Assembly (NCBI RefSeq): GCF_006345805.1
Contig: NC_042999.1
Span: 118,420,001-118,484,000, forward strand
DNA from: Octopus sinensis
Lineage: Eukaryota
Length of the DNA: 64,000 nucleotides
Reading direction: 5' to 3'
The position numbers and the translations under genes are program-made. Under the pieces are notes generated by a model that ran no database searches, was not told the origin of the DNA, and worked only from the letters and a program-made list of their open reading frames with translations. This document shows, one piece after another, positions 12,721 to 26,323 of the stretch; the first letter of the stretch is position 1, and the number at the start of each line of letters is the position of its first letter.

Positions 12721-14285
12721 CGTAGCTTCCCAAAGTGGGCGATATCGTCCACTGTTGGGTGATTTCAACTTACAGGTGGGCGATTTGAGATTTTGCTAGG
12801 CGATTATGAACATTTTGTGGTTGACAATGAATTTTTAGAAATTAAGTCTGCATTTACTGATATCTAGGCATGCCTAGAATAAGGATGCACTTTTATCGAT
12901 TTGACAACTCCCATGAGATGTCCCTTTGCATTAAAAACGTGGACTTGTTTATTGATTGAATATTTTTGTCGCAGTCATTGAGATGGTTGTCATACATGCT
13001 AAAAATAGCAGTAAAATACCCCTAGGCCTTAAATCACTCCACTACAATTTTTTTCTTTTTTTTTGGCATAATCCTATGAAATCCCTCATGTAGAATTCAA
13101 ATTCACAAAAATTTCCTGAAAACTCCAAAAAATAAAAAAGTTATGAGGGATTATATGCCGTGCATAATTCTGTGGTTTCATATCAAAGCACAAGTGATAT
13201 TTTCAGGATATTAACAAAATATGCAGTCACGCACAAAATGACAGCTTCGAAATCATGTTTCTTGACTGGGTGAAAATGATCAAACTTTAAAAACATTTTT
13301 CTGGAAAAACTGAATAACTCCAGCAATTTCACTTGGAAAGGTACATTAAAGTGCAAAATTTTCAAATTTTCGATGAACTTTAATTTTTGAAGTGCTGGCA
13401 GCCAAACGAACTAGATCTGTATTTGTTCCAGTAAAGATGTGTCATCTGACTCTGCTCAATTAACTTCTCCTCTTTGGGAATAACATATTGCCTTTCTGAT
13501 GCCATCTGTAGAAATTCGTTTTCACACTTTCACTTTACTGATGCCTCCAGTCAAGAAAATTTGTTGACAGTACAGTAGTGATTATTGATCTTTTGGATTT
13601 ATTCCCTCTCCTCAGAACTGTCAGTTACCAATGTGCCTTCTTTGTGATCAAACATTGACCAACAAAGCAGTGAAACCTTCATGCTTGAAGTATCACTTTG
13701 ATGCAAAACATTCTGAGAAGGACAAACTGTTATCGCAACTGACCTCCTCTTTCACAAAGCTAACACAAACATTCAACATGCTGCTTGAGGAAACTATAAA
13801 CAGGAGAACGACAAGTTGATTGCATCAGACAACATTGCATTGCTTGTTGCTAAGTCTAGGAAGTTTCACAGAATTGCAGAAACATTACTTCACTCGGTTA
13901 TCGAAGAGGTTTTGTCAACCGTTATGCACAAAAAAACCCAATAACATTATGAAGAAGATCCCATTTAGTAATAACACAATTTCTCAATGCATTGATAAAA
14001 TGGCCAACGATGTCAAACATCAGCTCGTTTATATTCTCCAGTGTTCTGAATTTTCTATATAAGTGGATGAGTCAACTGTTGTGGACAATCAATGTTTGAT
14101 AATGGTTTATGTTCGATATTTCAGCGGAAACCATCAACCTTGAGAGGAAATGCTGTGCACAGAGAAATTGCAGCTGGATTCAAGAGGTGAAACTATTTTT
14201 CCCCCCTCTCAAGTCTTTCGTTTTTGAACATAATATCCTACTCAGTAATATTCTTGCCTTTGCATCTGATGGATCCCCTTCGGTG
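12721..14285 (+). mobile_element. hAT (Buster/Charlie-like) transposon remnant, 5' part
   Basis: Terminus-like cttcccaaagtgggcg; BED-finger fragment FGFIPSP..PMCLLCDQTLTNKAVKPSCLKYHFDAKH; later fragments IPFSNNTISQCIDKMANDVK, FSI*VDEST and ASDGSPSVTG. Confidence 0.82.
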
Positions 14286-14287
14286 AC

Positions 14288-14890
14288 AGGCTTGGATGGT
14301 TTACAAACACCACTCCAAAAGGCTAAGCCACTTCCACATGAACTACCTGAGGAAAATTAGCTAGCAAGACAAGGTCCCAAACACAGAGATCCTCTCTTGA
14401 CCTGATCTGCCAAGTACTTACACACTGCCGAGGAGAGAGCAAGTCAGGTGTACTGGCCACTTTGTTCAAATGCCTAGTATGTGACTCCCCAAGAGACTGT
14501 TTTACAGTGAACTGGTGAAAGGCAAGCACATACAAGGTGGACAGAAAAAATGCTTCAAGAACACACTCAAAGCCTCACTAAAGAGCTTTAAGATCAATCC
14601 CAACACTTGGGAATTACAAGCATAAGACCATCCTGCCTAGCAAAGCTGCACCAACAGGAGAGGTGCCACCTCCTACAAACAGAATGGGATTGCTGGAGCA
14701 CAATGAAAATGTTGACTACACAAGTCCAGAGCCAATTCCTTACCTTCAGTACCAACAGACCAATGGTACCCAATGCATGGAAGAGCCTTCTGAACATACA
14801 TTGGACTGATTGGTCTCAACCAGACACACCATGTTTCATTTTCTCTCATGTGATGTTTTTGGTCATTGCTGATAGCAATAGATGAACTAA
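14288..14890 (+). mobile_element. RTE/BovB-like LINE 3' fragment
   Basis: Fragments QDKVPNTEIL and LPKRLFYSELVKGKHIQGGQKKCFKNTLKASLKSFKINPNTWE are typical of the RTE C-terminus. Confidence 0.8.
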
Positions 14891-14940
14891 TTAATCAATT
14901 ATATATATATGATGCACACACACACACACACACACACACA

Positions 14941-15673
14941 CTAGCAGAAATACCCATCATTGACTGGGTTGAAAAAAGCTGCTGAAACTGTACTATGAAT
15001 ATTGAAAGTTATTTTGATTGTGTTGGACATATATAAGAAATGTTTGTTAACTTTCATGTAGACAATAGAGCTGTTTTCTTCTGGCCAATATTATAATGGG
15101 TGCATATAAACTTCTGATCTATGATCTATAGTATTTCAGTCAATAAACAGAACAACATTGTACACACTTTGGCTTATGTCTAGTACAAGATGAATAAATA
15201 AATAAAAGTTCAGAGAAAACTAAAAGCATATGTACTATAATTTATTGAACTTAAGTATTACAACAAACAAAAATACAATTAGCTTTATTTAAACTAATAT
15301 TGTGTGATGCTGACAATATCAATTCAAAGTTATTAATCATTTTGCAAAATTTTAGTTTGTTGATCTCATGGTAAAAACTTCCTGATAGACAATTTTTCAG
15401 GTTTTACTAGTAGGGGCAAAAATTAAAAGATTGTTCTTGCTCCCCACTCTGGTTGTCCCAACATATAACTGACCATGTGAGAAACAGTCTTATTTTAATT
15501 GCAAACCAGCGACTTTCAAAATCTGATGCTAGAGACTTGGGTCCACTTCCATTGTCTTCATTGTGGAATTTTACACAAGAATTAGCTTTTAGTTTTTATA
15601 TCGACACTGTAGTGTTTCTTCCCATAGGCAGACACACACACATACGCACACACATCCATTTTTATAATATAGA
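14941..15673 (-). mobile_element. Complete non-autonomous Helitron (733 bp)
   Basis: Minus strand begins A|TCTATATTATAAAA and ends in hairpin accca-gtcaatga-tgggt plus atttctgCTAG|T, i.e. TC...CTRR inserted between A and T. Confidence 0.75.
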
Positions 15674-15705
15674 TATTTATAAATATATATATCTATACAT
15701 ATTTG

Positions 15706-16010
15706 AATGGACTTGGCACAGTGGTTAGAACATCAAGCTTACAGTCATGAGGTTGCGAGTTTGATTCCAAGAATGGGTTGTGGTATGTGTTCTTGAATAA
15801 AACTTTTTGTTTCATGTTTCCCCAGTTCACTCAACTGTAGAAATGAGTTGCATCAGCACTGGTGCCAAGCTGTATTGGCCTTTTCCTTTCCCTTGGAAAA
15901 CATTAGTTGCATGAAAAGGAGAAATTAGTATGCATGGGCAACTGCTGTTCTTCCACAAACAAACTTACCTAGACTTGTGTCTTAGAGGAGAACATTCTAT
16001 GTGCAATCCA
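15706..16010 (+). mobile_element. SINE family D copy
   Basis: A box tggcacagtggttag, B box gagtttgattcc; colinear with 51045-51355. Confidence 0.75.
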
Positions 16011-16724
16011 AAGAAATCTTTACTATCTATCTATATATATAGTTGAGTTTTATAGAAAAACAAAAGATGAAGACAGGTATATGAACAACAAGCAAGTGTA
16101 TTAGTTTCACACTTGGGAAAAATGAAAAAGTCTTTTACTTCTCAAACTCACACTCTTCAATAAAAAAATATATATGTATATAATGAAATGTAAATGTAAG
16201 ATCCAAGGATCCAAGTGTTGGAAGTGATTATGCTTTGAGCAGTCTTTAGAAGGTACAAAAAATAACTTTCGGAAACAATAGTATTTTATCAGCGTAGAAG
16301 GTTGCACATTTCTCCCACATCGAAGTTCGATAAGCTGAAATAAGTTATTCAATAGTTCTATAGAATAAGTTTTTTACAAGGTTGCTATATATGTGAATAA
16401 AAATCCATATTGAGGGAACAGAATAGGTAAAATCCAGGCTACATATGTTTCCTAGCTATCAGAACCTAGGAAGAATATATTATATATATACATACACACA
16501 CATACATATATGTAAGTGTGCATGTGTATTTGTGTGTTTGTGTGTATATATATATATATACACAAATGGATATGAAGGCCATTTCTCCATGTGATAGGCT
16601 TGAAAAATTGTTAGGATATTTTCCTACTTTTCTTAACATGAAACCAATGGTAGCCATAATAGACAAATAAAGAGATTTGATCCACCAATGTTTTGTTGAG
16701 CACTCACTCTCATCGCTTGACAGT

Positions 16725-16760
<36 letters not shown>

Positions 16761-17446
16761 CATACATATATACATACATACATACATATATATACACATA
16801 TATATAGATATATATATATAAAAATACACACATACACACACACACATGCATAGATGTGTGTGTGTGCACGACAGACAAGACAATATCTGTTTTTCAAAAC
16901 CTGAATATCAATACACAGATGTGTGGGCTGGAAGATCTCCATCTGAGATAATCTAAATTGGAAGTGTAGATAAGTGCTGTTGGAAATCATCCATAATTCA
17001 GATGTAAATTTCTTTGCTTTAGTAAATTATAGTTGCAAAGATTTCAAGAGAAGGAATTAAAGTGATATCATGGGACAAAATTCAGTAGAAATTATATTGG
17101 CACAAAGAAATATTCGCCTGATATTTGACTGGCAAAATTCCAAAATCTGCAAGTGAAAAATTATATAGAAAATGTCACCAAAACTGATGTGGGATATTCT
17201 GATCAGTGTATTTATAAATTAATAGTAGCATTACTTCAAGATTTAATCAATTACATTATGACATCCAATTTCTTAAAATTTCAGTACATAGCTAGCAAGA
17301 ATATTCCATTTAAGTGCACTCCCTATACATATAGAAAATTACTTTTGTTTAGATATTAACCCTGCAACTGAAAGGAAATACTGTTTTAAAAATGGCAATA
17401 TGGCAATATAATGATGTAAGTTAGCCTGAAAGTTTTAATGTATATA

Positions 17447-18647
17447 TTGGGTCTTCCCATAAATAATGCGTTTTTTTTATATTTCTTTTATTTTTCAAAA
17501 TTAAGATAAACAAAGCTCTTTTTTAATCTAAAATATACTCTACTTCATTTTTTGCAATGCTTTTCCAGCTATCTGGTACACTTGCAAGGCTCCTTTTCCA
17601 AATTTCACTTGTCTGTGATGAAAAATATTCCTCCAATACTGTTCTGACCTCATCTAGAGAATTCATATTTTTTCCATCCAAATGATTTTGAAGACTGTGG
17701 AATAAATGATAAATCAGATGGGGCAATGTTCGATGAATATGGTGGGTGGGTATCGTTTCTTATTCAGGCTGCTCCAGCCTTTTGAATGTCATCCTTGCTG
17801 TATTTGGCCGAGCATTATCCTGATGGAAGAACACTTTTCCTCTTGAAACTAAAGATGGTCATTTTTCTTTTAGCGCTGACTTAAGCTGCTCAAGCTACTC
17901 ATAGTAGCTCTTCTTTGTTATCATTTGGCTTCAGTTTCAATGTTCAAAGTGGACTAAACCCTTCATATCCCACCAAATAGATAGCAACACCTTATGTGGG
18001 TGAAGACCTTTTTTAGCCTGTGGTGCCAGTGTTTCTCCTTTCCTTACCCACTATCTTCAGTGCTTGACATTTTTATAGAGAACCCATTTCTCATCACCAG
18101 TCACTATTCGGTCTCAAAAAGGTTCATTCATGAGACAAGACAGCAAAGAAGACACATTCACTCTCTGCACGAGATTAAGCTCGGTAAGTTTGTGAGGAAC
18201 CTATTGACTCAATTTGCTAACTTTTCTGATGACACACATGGTTTGATGAATGACCAAATCCAAGCTTTTCTGCTAGTTCCTCAACACTTACAATGGGATT
18301 TTGTTCCACCAGGATCTATTGTGGAGCTCAATAGATCTTCCAGGATGAGGCTCATCTTCTAGGCTGTAGTTTCCGGCTTGGAATTTCTGGAACCAGCGTT
18401 GACACTGGCTTACACTTATTGTCCAATACCCATGCACTGCATTAATATTCCTTGCCCTTTGCCTTGCCTTGTTGCCTTTATTGAACTCATAAAGCAAAAT
18501 ATGCCGAATATACTCCAATATAGTTTTAAAAAATAACTAAAATTTAACTGCACACTTCAAATCTTGCACTAAGAATAAGTACAAGGTAAAATTACAACCT
18601 AGTAGTTTGCAATTGAAAAAAAACGCATTATTTATGGGATGACCAAA
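17447..18647 (-). mobile_element. Mariner transposon, degenerate full-length copy
   Basis: TIRs ttgggtcttcccataaataatgcg / cgcattatttatgggatgaccaaa flanked by TA; transposase fragments IRHILLYEFNKG..CQRWFQKF..LEDEPHPGR and YHLFHSLQNHLDGK. Confidence 0.93.
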
Positions 18648-19779
18648 TACACACACACCCCCACACACACACACACACATTTATTTATTTCAATAAATAT
18701 AATAGCTGGCATCTTATTTCTACTGATTTAAAATATTAGAAAAAATTGAGCTAACAGATGTAAGAATTCTCAGGTTTAAGTATTTTTTTTTATCTAAAGG
18801 GAACTGTTAAGAAATATCTCTGTATATCAATTCTCTCTCATCTTGTTCATTTCATCATTCAATGCTGTATTATGTTTAGCTATCAACCATTGGGTTAAAA
18901 AGGACTAAATAAAATTGCGATGCTCTAAAGGTCTCACTGTTTTGATTATTTAATATCAGGTTTATCCCCAGGCTGATTTTACTTTGTCTAACATTTTCAA
19001 TAAGAGCATGTTTACATATATATGTGATTTTTATCATTTGTTAAAATCACATATTCAAACTTGTAAGTACACTGAAATATTGGATTTTTATAAATTCACA
19101 TACTTCATTTTCTTTAGAAAAACAATATAACCTAATGTATTTTAAATATTTTGATTATGGATACACTTTCAAATATATATTGTATATTGATTGAATGAAT
19201 CTTATGTCACCACTTCCTAGTAATCAATTTTATCAGTTACTGTGTTTCAAGGAGCCCTATTTCTGATTTATATTCTTAAATGAATCACTTTGTATATGTA
19301 TCTGCAAAAGATAAGCATGAGAAAAACAACAGTGTGGAAAATATAATAGACTATCTTTTAATAGGCCAAGGGTCCAGATATTCATTGTATTTTAGGACAG
19401 AACACTTTAGTCCCTATAATTTGAGTTTACTATCAGAAATCAGTAAAAATGGTAATGCTAACTCTGATGGAACAATATCATAACCAAAGAAAACTTTACC
19501 CCTAATTGGCTGGTGAAATTTGAGCTAAGTCTTGTAAATAGAAGCTAAGAGTACACTTTTATTGTGTTAAAGTAACTGCTTTTTGGCAATAAACATTCAA
19601 ATACAATAAGATTATAAAAACGAAAATACTGAACAAATACAAAAAGATAATACTTCAACCAATTCATATTCCTTTGGTAATCCCACTCAACATCTTTACT
19701 AAATACTTGCTACTTACAATAATGTTGCTTCCTTCAACAGTCTAATTATTTACACACAATATTTTAAAGAAATAATCAC

Positions 19780-21440
19780 TCAGTTCCAATTTGAGGAGTT
19801 CATTGCTATGTTGTCTACTTGCTTATTAATATACTGGACTATTTGTCTCCTTTGATTCCTAAACACCCACATATACATAAATACATAGAAGAAACCCACT
19901 CCATAAATGCCAAAATGCTTAAGATGCTGACATTAACTGGAAATCTCCACAGAAATAGTGATAGCAACACGCTCTACTTAAGAAGAAATAAAGGATGTAC
20001 AGGTTTGAGATTAGTGCAGACAGCCTTCAAATGTCATAGTCTCTTTCAGACAGTATTATTTAGACAACAGTAACAAAAATAAATACATAAACTTAGTGCT
20101 GAAAAGGGAAAAGAACAATATCCTACATGTCAGCACTGAACTCCTCAGGAAGAATTATTTTCTTGATGACATCCACCCCATCTCCATACAACTCTAGAAC
20201 AGCTGAACTAACACACCTCAAAGAAAAACTGTCAGCAGACAAAAAAAAAAGGCCATGCATGGATATGTTCTCTGAATATATGCAGAAGACAGTAATTTTG
20301 ACATGAAGCACAGCCTCTTTTGGATTCGTGACTGCTATATCACATCACATTTCAAAGGTTATGCATTTTCAGTCTAAGAACAGGAGATTGCTACAGAATA
20401 CCTCATAAACAAAAGAGACTGTAAAGCCCTGGAGTTGCAAGATGTCACTGAAAATGTAGACTATATCATATTTCTCTGGAAAGCAATTCACATGATTTGC
20501 AACTGACCAAAACTGTCACCAAGGTACTATTACCTCCTTATGTGACATGATGTTGCTGCAAAAACAATATACAATGTCATCCAGAAAAAAATGGCTATCT
20601 TGGGATACATATTGAGAAAAACCCTGTTATTGAATACATACACATCAAAATACAAGGAATACTGGTGGAACATTCTGATCAAAACATCTGTCAAGAGTAA
20701 ACACAATAGACCAGATACTGTAGCTTGGCACTGACAAGGAAAACTATGTTCCATTATAGAGGTCAGCTGTCCTGCTGTAGAGAACATCTATTTTTTCATA
20801 TTTAAAAGAAAATTTTTTTTTTTATTTCATCTAGTTTCAGCTCACGGGCTGTGGCCATGCTGGGGCATCACCATTTGGTCTTGCTACATAATTTTACTTC
20901 ACAAATGCTTTTTAGCAATTGATATTTGGTGCATGAGAGAGTTTGATGCAGCTTCCCTCATCTGCACCTACTGCCGCGAAGTTGGTTCATCTGGGATACC
21001 TGACAGGAAAAGGTGCAGCTTTATTTTGAAGACACCTACATCCACCCCATGCAGGTCTCTCAGGTCCTTCAGGAGGATATTGAAGAGCTGTGGACCTCTG
21101 AAGCCCAGGCTATTGCAGTATCTTGTCCTACATCTTGATGGTAAATTTGGAGTCCTTGGCACTATGTAGGGGTGCCCAGTTCTAGGTTTCTATTTGAAAA
21201 TCAAAGTGACAGAAGATAACTATGAACAACTGCTTCAAAACCTCTAGCTATTATAGCTAGATTTTAAATTCACATTTATACCAATAATAATCAAGGTACT
21301 TGGTTTTGACAGTAAATTATTAAGTGACAGTCTGGATAAGCTAGGGTTTTCAGAAAAAGAAATCAACCAATTTGCATATTCCAAATACAATTTGTAAGTG
21401 GAACAGTAAATGCATGTAAGACATTTCTCAAGTTTAAAAT
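19780..21440 (+). mobile_element. R4/Dong-like LINE remnant interrupted by a second LINE fragment
   Basis: LHRNSDSNTLYLRRNKGCTGL, HNRPDTVAW, IIEVSCPA; after the insertion, KIKVTEDNYEQLL..FTFIPIII. Confidence 0.75.
20794..21188 (-). mobile_element. CR1/Jockey-group LINE 3' fragment with A-rich tail
   Basis: RYCNSLGFRGPQLFNILLKDLRDLHGVDVGVFKIKLHLFLSGIPDEP; candidate 7-bp TSD tctattt at 20787-20793 and 21189-21195. Confidence 0.75.
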
Positions 21441-22808
21441 ATGACATTGTTTTTATTTTTGTCTATATTCAAACAATGGATCATTGTGTCTTTGTTAGAA
21501 ACCAGCTCCTTCCTGAGAGGAATAATTTAAATTATGAAATCTTTATGTGTGTGAATTTATACTTTTCGAGACTACATGTGTTTATGTGCTTCTAGTCAGC
21601 TACAAAAGCATGTCTGGGCTGTTTGAAGTTTGATCGGCTAGGAGAGTATTACCTCGTTTGGAAAACATGGTGGTTGGTAACAGGAAGGACATCCAGTCTT
21701 AGACAACATACTTTTGTCAAACCCATGCAAGATGATAATGAAGAAATATGCATGTGTGTGTCTATATGTGTATCTAAATACATACATACATACATACATA
21801 CATACACACATCCATACATACACACATATATATACATTCATACACACATATACATGCATACACACATACACACATACACACATACATATATATATATATA
21901 CATACATATATGAATCAACTGAATCAAACAGATTTGTGGTATGTCTTTAATGACAGTTTCATTGAAGGTATTCATTTTCTACCTTTCCAATTCATTATGT
22001 TTGATATGGAAATGTCTGCATCATATGGCAGCTCATTCTCAATGGACACTTTCAAATGATTTGCCATGAAATTCACAAGTAATATTAGCCTTAAAAGAAT
22101 CATTTTACTTTCAAATGACTGAGTATTCCTTTTTAAATTCTCAAATTCACAATAACAAGCAATTTCATTCATTCATTCCTAATGTATTGGTACTTGTTAG
22201 AAAATTTATACCTTAGCAACAGTGAAGCATTTGGGCTTTTATATTATTCATCACAACTTTTATCCAACAGAAAATTTCAGCCTTTTTAATTAAGATGTAG
22301 TGTAAATTATATACTTTCAGATGACCTGTATGTATCCACCACATTTACACAGGCTCTCACCACTCACTGCATTCGCCACCTCTGCTTCCTACTCATGCAT
22401 TTCTCAGCAATACCTTGCCACTTATATTGTGACCCCCATACCTTGAAGGTACACCCTGGAAATTGCCACCATATATCTCTCTTCCTTGCTCTACCATCTC
22501 ATCTATGCTCTGATCCATGTTCCTTATGAGTATACCCTGACACTTCTCCACCATCTCTTCTGCTCTCTCTTGCACTCTTGCTGTCTTCCACTCTCTCTCT
22601 CTCTCTCTCTCTCTCTTCCCTTTGCTCTTCCCTATGGCTGGGTAATCATGTATCTCCTTTACAGCAGCACACTTGTTTCTGCCCTCATTCTTGATCACTC
22701 TCTTTTGCTCTCCTTCTCTTGCTCTTACCTCTGGCTAGGTAGCCATGTATCTTCTTTACACCAGCACACCTGTATCTGTCCTTACTCTTGTTAACTTTCT
22801 CTCCTCAT

Positions 22809-22855
<47 letters not shown>

Positions 22856-22989
22856 CTGGGTAACCAAGTACCTCCTCTACAACAAGATACCTGTTTCAGT
22901 CTTTGTCTCTCTGACATAACATCACCTGACTCAAGCTCATCTCCTCTGATGCCTCCTCCCTTCTCAATGATTCTTTGCCCTCAAATTAC

Positions 22990-23315
22990 TTAGTGACTTT
23001 GCCAGTGCTGGTGCCACGTTAAAAGCATCCAGTCCACACAGTAAAGTGATTGGCATTTGGAAGGGTATCCAGCGGTAAAAACCATGCCATAACTTACCTT
23101 ACCTATGCTGATGCCATGTAAAAGGCACTCAGTCCACACTGCAGTTGTTAGGAAGAGTATCCAGCCATAAACCCATGCCAAAACAGACACAGAAGTTTGG
23201 TGCAGTGTTCTGCCTGGCCAGCTCTTGTCCAACAGTCCAACCCATGCCAGCATGGAAGGCAGATGTAAAACAATGATAATAATGATGATGACAACGATGA
23301 TGATGATGGTGATGA
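22990..23315 (+). mobile_element. Short interspersed repeat family C with (GAT)n tail
   Basis: aagggtatccagcggtaaaaaccatgcc...ccaacccatgccagcatggaaggcagatgtaaaac-(gat)n. Relatives at 24236-24640(-), 30677-30872(-), 32310-32562(+), 47958-48118(-), 52240-52604(+) and 55831-56178(-). Confidence 0.8.
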
Positions 23316-24359
23316 TCTGCCCTATATCAGTCTCTGGCCTCAATATTACTGAGATAATTTTCACATACCTCATTGTTTTTTAGCTTCTTGGCTTGGCATG
23401 AGCAGCCAGACATCTAAACATTACTTCAACGAAATCTTCCTCATGGTGAAGGAGTAATAATCCTCTTTTTGGTGCTATTGTTACAGTTGAGAAATAACAG
23501 TAGGTAACATAAATAGTTTATGATGCTGAGGAACCATTAAGTATTTTTTTGAAGTTATAGAAGGCTAGTATTGGCATTTACAACAGGAAATCATATATAG
23601 CTATACATGTCAATACAGCTATATGTATTAATCATTATCAATGATTTTCATACAAGCATATGGAAAAGAACAAAAGAAACAAATGAAGCTGAAATCATTA
23701 ATATATATCCTTGAGTATATTGCTAGCACAGGCAATGAGCTTGCAGAATCATTAGCATGCTGGACAAAATGCTTCCTGGCATTCTATCCGTCTTTACATT
23801 CTAGTTCAAATTATGTCAAAGCTAGCTTTGTCTTTCATTTTTTTCATTAAATGAATTAAATAACCAGTTAAGCTACCGGTGTTGGTGCAATTAACTAATC
23901 CACTTCCCTCCAATTTTCAGGCATTGTGCCTGTGGTAGAAAGGATAGAACTAGCACATACGATGAAAAATAAAAATGACATCAGAAGCAGTTTAAACCAA
24001 GGAAAATGAAACTAAATGTCATAATATATTTAGTCCATTGTTCTAATATTTATGTTATCTTACCATTAAATATTCATAAAATGATTCAGCAGTAGAGTTT
24101 TTCCAAAAGGCATTGATTTATATATTACCTTGATTTGACATCAATAATAACAATAATAGTACGGAGACCCCATTTGGTCACCAATGACCATGGGATTGTA
24201 CTTAGAAAGTTACCTTCCGAGGCACAAGTCCATGCTGACTTGGGTTGAATGGTTTGACTAGAGCTGGCAAGCTGGGGAGCTGCACTAGATTCCGTCTGAT
24301 TTGGCATGGTTCCTACAGTTGGATACCCTTCCTAACACGAAGCACTTTACAGAATGTGC

Positions 24360-24520
24360 TGGTTGGTTTTATGTGGTGCTGCACAGGTGCTTTTACATGG
24401 TGCTGCATGGGTGCTTTAATGTGGCACCACATGGGTGCTTTTACATGGCACTGCACAATTGCTTTAACATAGCACCATATGGTGCTTTTACATGGTACCA
24501 CATGGGAACTTTTATGTGGA
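24360..24520. repeat. Minisatellite, about 7 copies of a 21-bp unit within repeat family C
   Basis: Unit approximately gtgcttttacatggcaccacatgg; a related array occurs at 32310-32420 in the opposite orientation. Confidence 0.8.
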
Positions 24521-25117
24521 ATCGCCATGAGGGCTTTATACCATCAGAAGGATCAGCCTTAACACTTCTGCTGCAGAGTACAGGTTTTCTTGAATATGGC
24601 AAGGCACATGGCATCTCAGTCCTTTATCATTTCGCCTGAAAGGTATAATTTCTGTTCTTGTTTTAGTTTTCTCCTCAAAGAAGCATGCCACTTCAGCCTC
24701 TCTTCTATGTTTATTGAATTACTTGAAAGACAGAAATCATGTTATTTAGTTTTGTTTGCACTTTCTAATTGTATGTATTTGCTTTCTAATATGAATTACT
24801 AGATATTTTTATAGTTCTACATTGAATATTTTGTAATGGCTTTCTAGTTGCATAAAGTACCAACCTTCCTCCAGAAATCTAAAATGAAAATTGGTCATTG
24901 AATACCATGCTAAAGCAATAGTAAAGAAATCCCTTACATGGCTAATACCTGAAAAAAATAAATAAATTAGATCAAAATTTAAAGAAATAGGAATATCACA
25001 ACACTTGCCAAGAAACACATAACACAAAGTTATAACTGAAGTTCTTGATCAAAACTCAGCATAGGATAAAAGCCTTTGTCATCTGAAACCCCACAAAAGT
25101 ATGTTTCAAGTTGCTTA

Positions 25118-25500
25118 TCTATTATATAAAATCTGTTCTGTCTGTCTGTGTGCATGTCTTCTAGGATCTCGAACATCCTCCATTCGATTGCACTCAAATT
25201 TAATATGTAGACACCAACGGTATCAGGATGTTTAAGTCTTGAAAAAATTACAAAAATCGATTCCAGGTGAGAATGCGATCGATAAAGACGAAGGAACGTG
25301 CATTTGTAAAATCGTTTTTCTTGGAATAGAAAAAAAGTTTATCTTTATTTCTTCTTTTGCTGGTGTCTAAAATTTAGCTTAAATCAGTGTTTCTCAAAAG
25401 GGAGGCCTATGGGACGGTCGGACAAGTTGTTTTGAGAAAATTTGGTTTAACTGTTTGACAACTCAGCACCATCTATTGGACAGGGGGCGTTTTGCTTATA
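25118..25500 (+). mobile_element. Helitron-like 5' end (3' boundary uncertain)
   Basis: A|TCTATTATATAAAA followed by (TCTG)n; no convincing 3' hairpin-CTRR found. Confidence 0.45.
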
Positions 25501-26323
25501 AAGTATAATTTTATAAATATTACTTATGAAGATGTATTCTCACAGCAGGCACCAGATCAAGTCTTTGAGAATGACAAAATAACCATACTTTAGTAAAAGT
25601 CAATCCACAGAGGCAAAGTGATCAAGACTAATCAAATGGATGCTGTTGTCAAATGAAATGTTTCCTAATCATACAATCTGTATTACTTGATGATAATGTG
25701 TCTCGAAAATATGCATAGGAATTAACCAAATATAGATATCTAGAAATGGATATAAGCTGAAAGCACAACTTGAAAACAGAAACAACACCTACAATAATAA
25801 GAAACTTGGAAATGATTAAAAACACATGCCGACATAATGGAAACACAAGGATTTATAAATATGTTGAACATCCAAAAATGAGAGCTACACAGCACATATA
25901 ATGCATAGAGTAGTTGGAATATAAGACACATTGCAAAACTAAAACAAAACACTGCACATAACTATGATGTATAGAGCTGCATTTCTCAGTTCAGGGAAAG
26001 CTTGCTATAAAAATAAGACATTAAAGCAATTAATGATAATAACAATGGAGACTAGTGAAATGTGGATAATGGAAATATCTTTTAAAAGTATGGAGTGTAT
26101 TCCAAATTCCATTCACAAAACATTGGCCAACCCACTGCTATTGTAGAAGATACTTGATCAAAATGCTTCAGTGTAGGGTGGAACCCAAATTGATGCAGCT
26201 GCAAAGTGAACTTCTTAACGAGAGAGCCATGCTTGTGATTACACACACACATACACGCGCATGCACGCACATACACATACATACACACACACACACACGC
26301 ACACACATACATACATACATATA

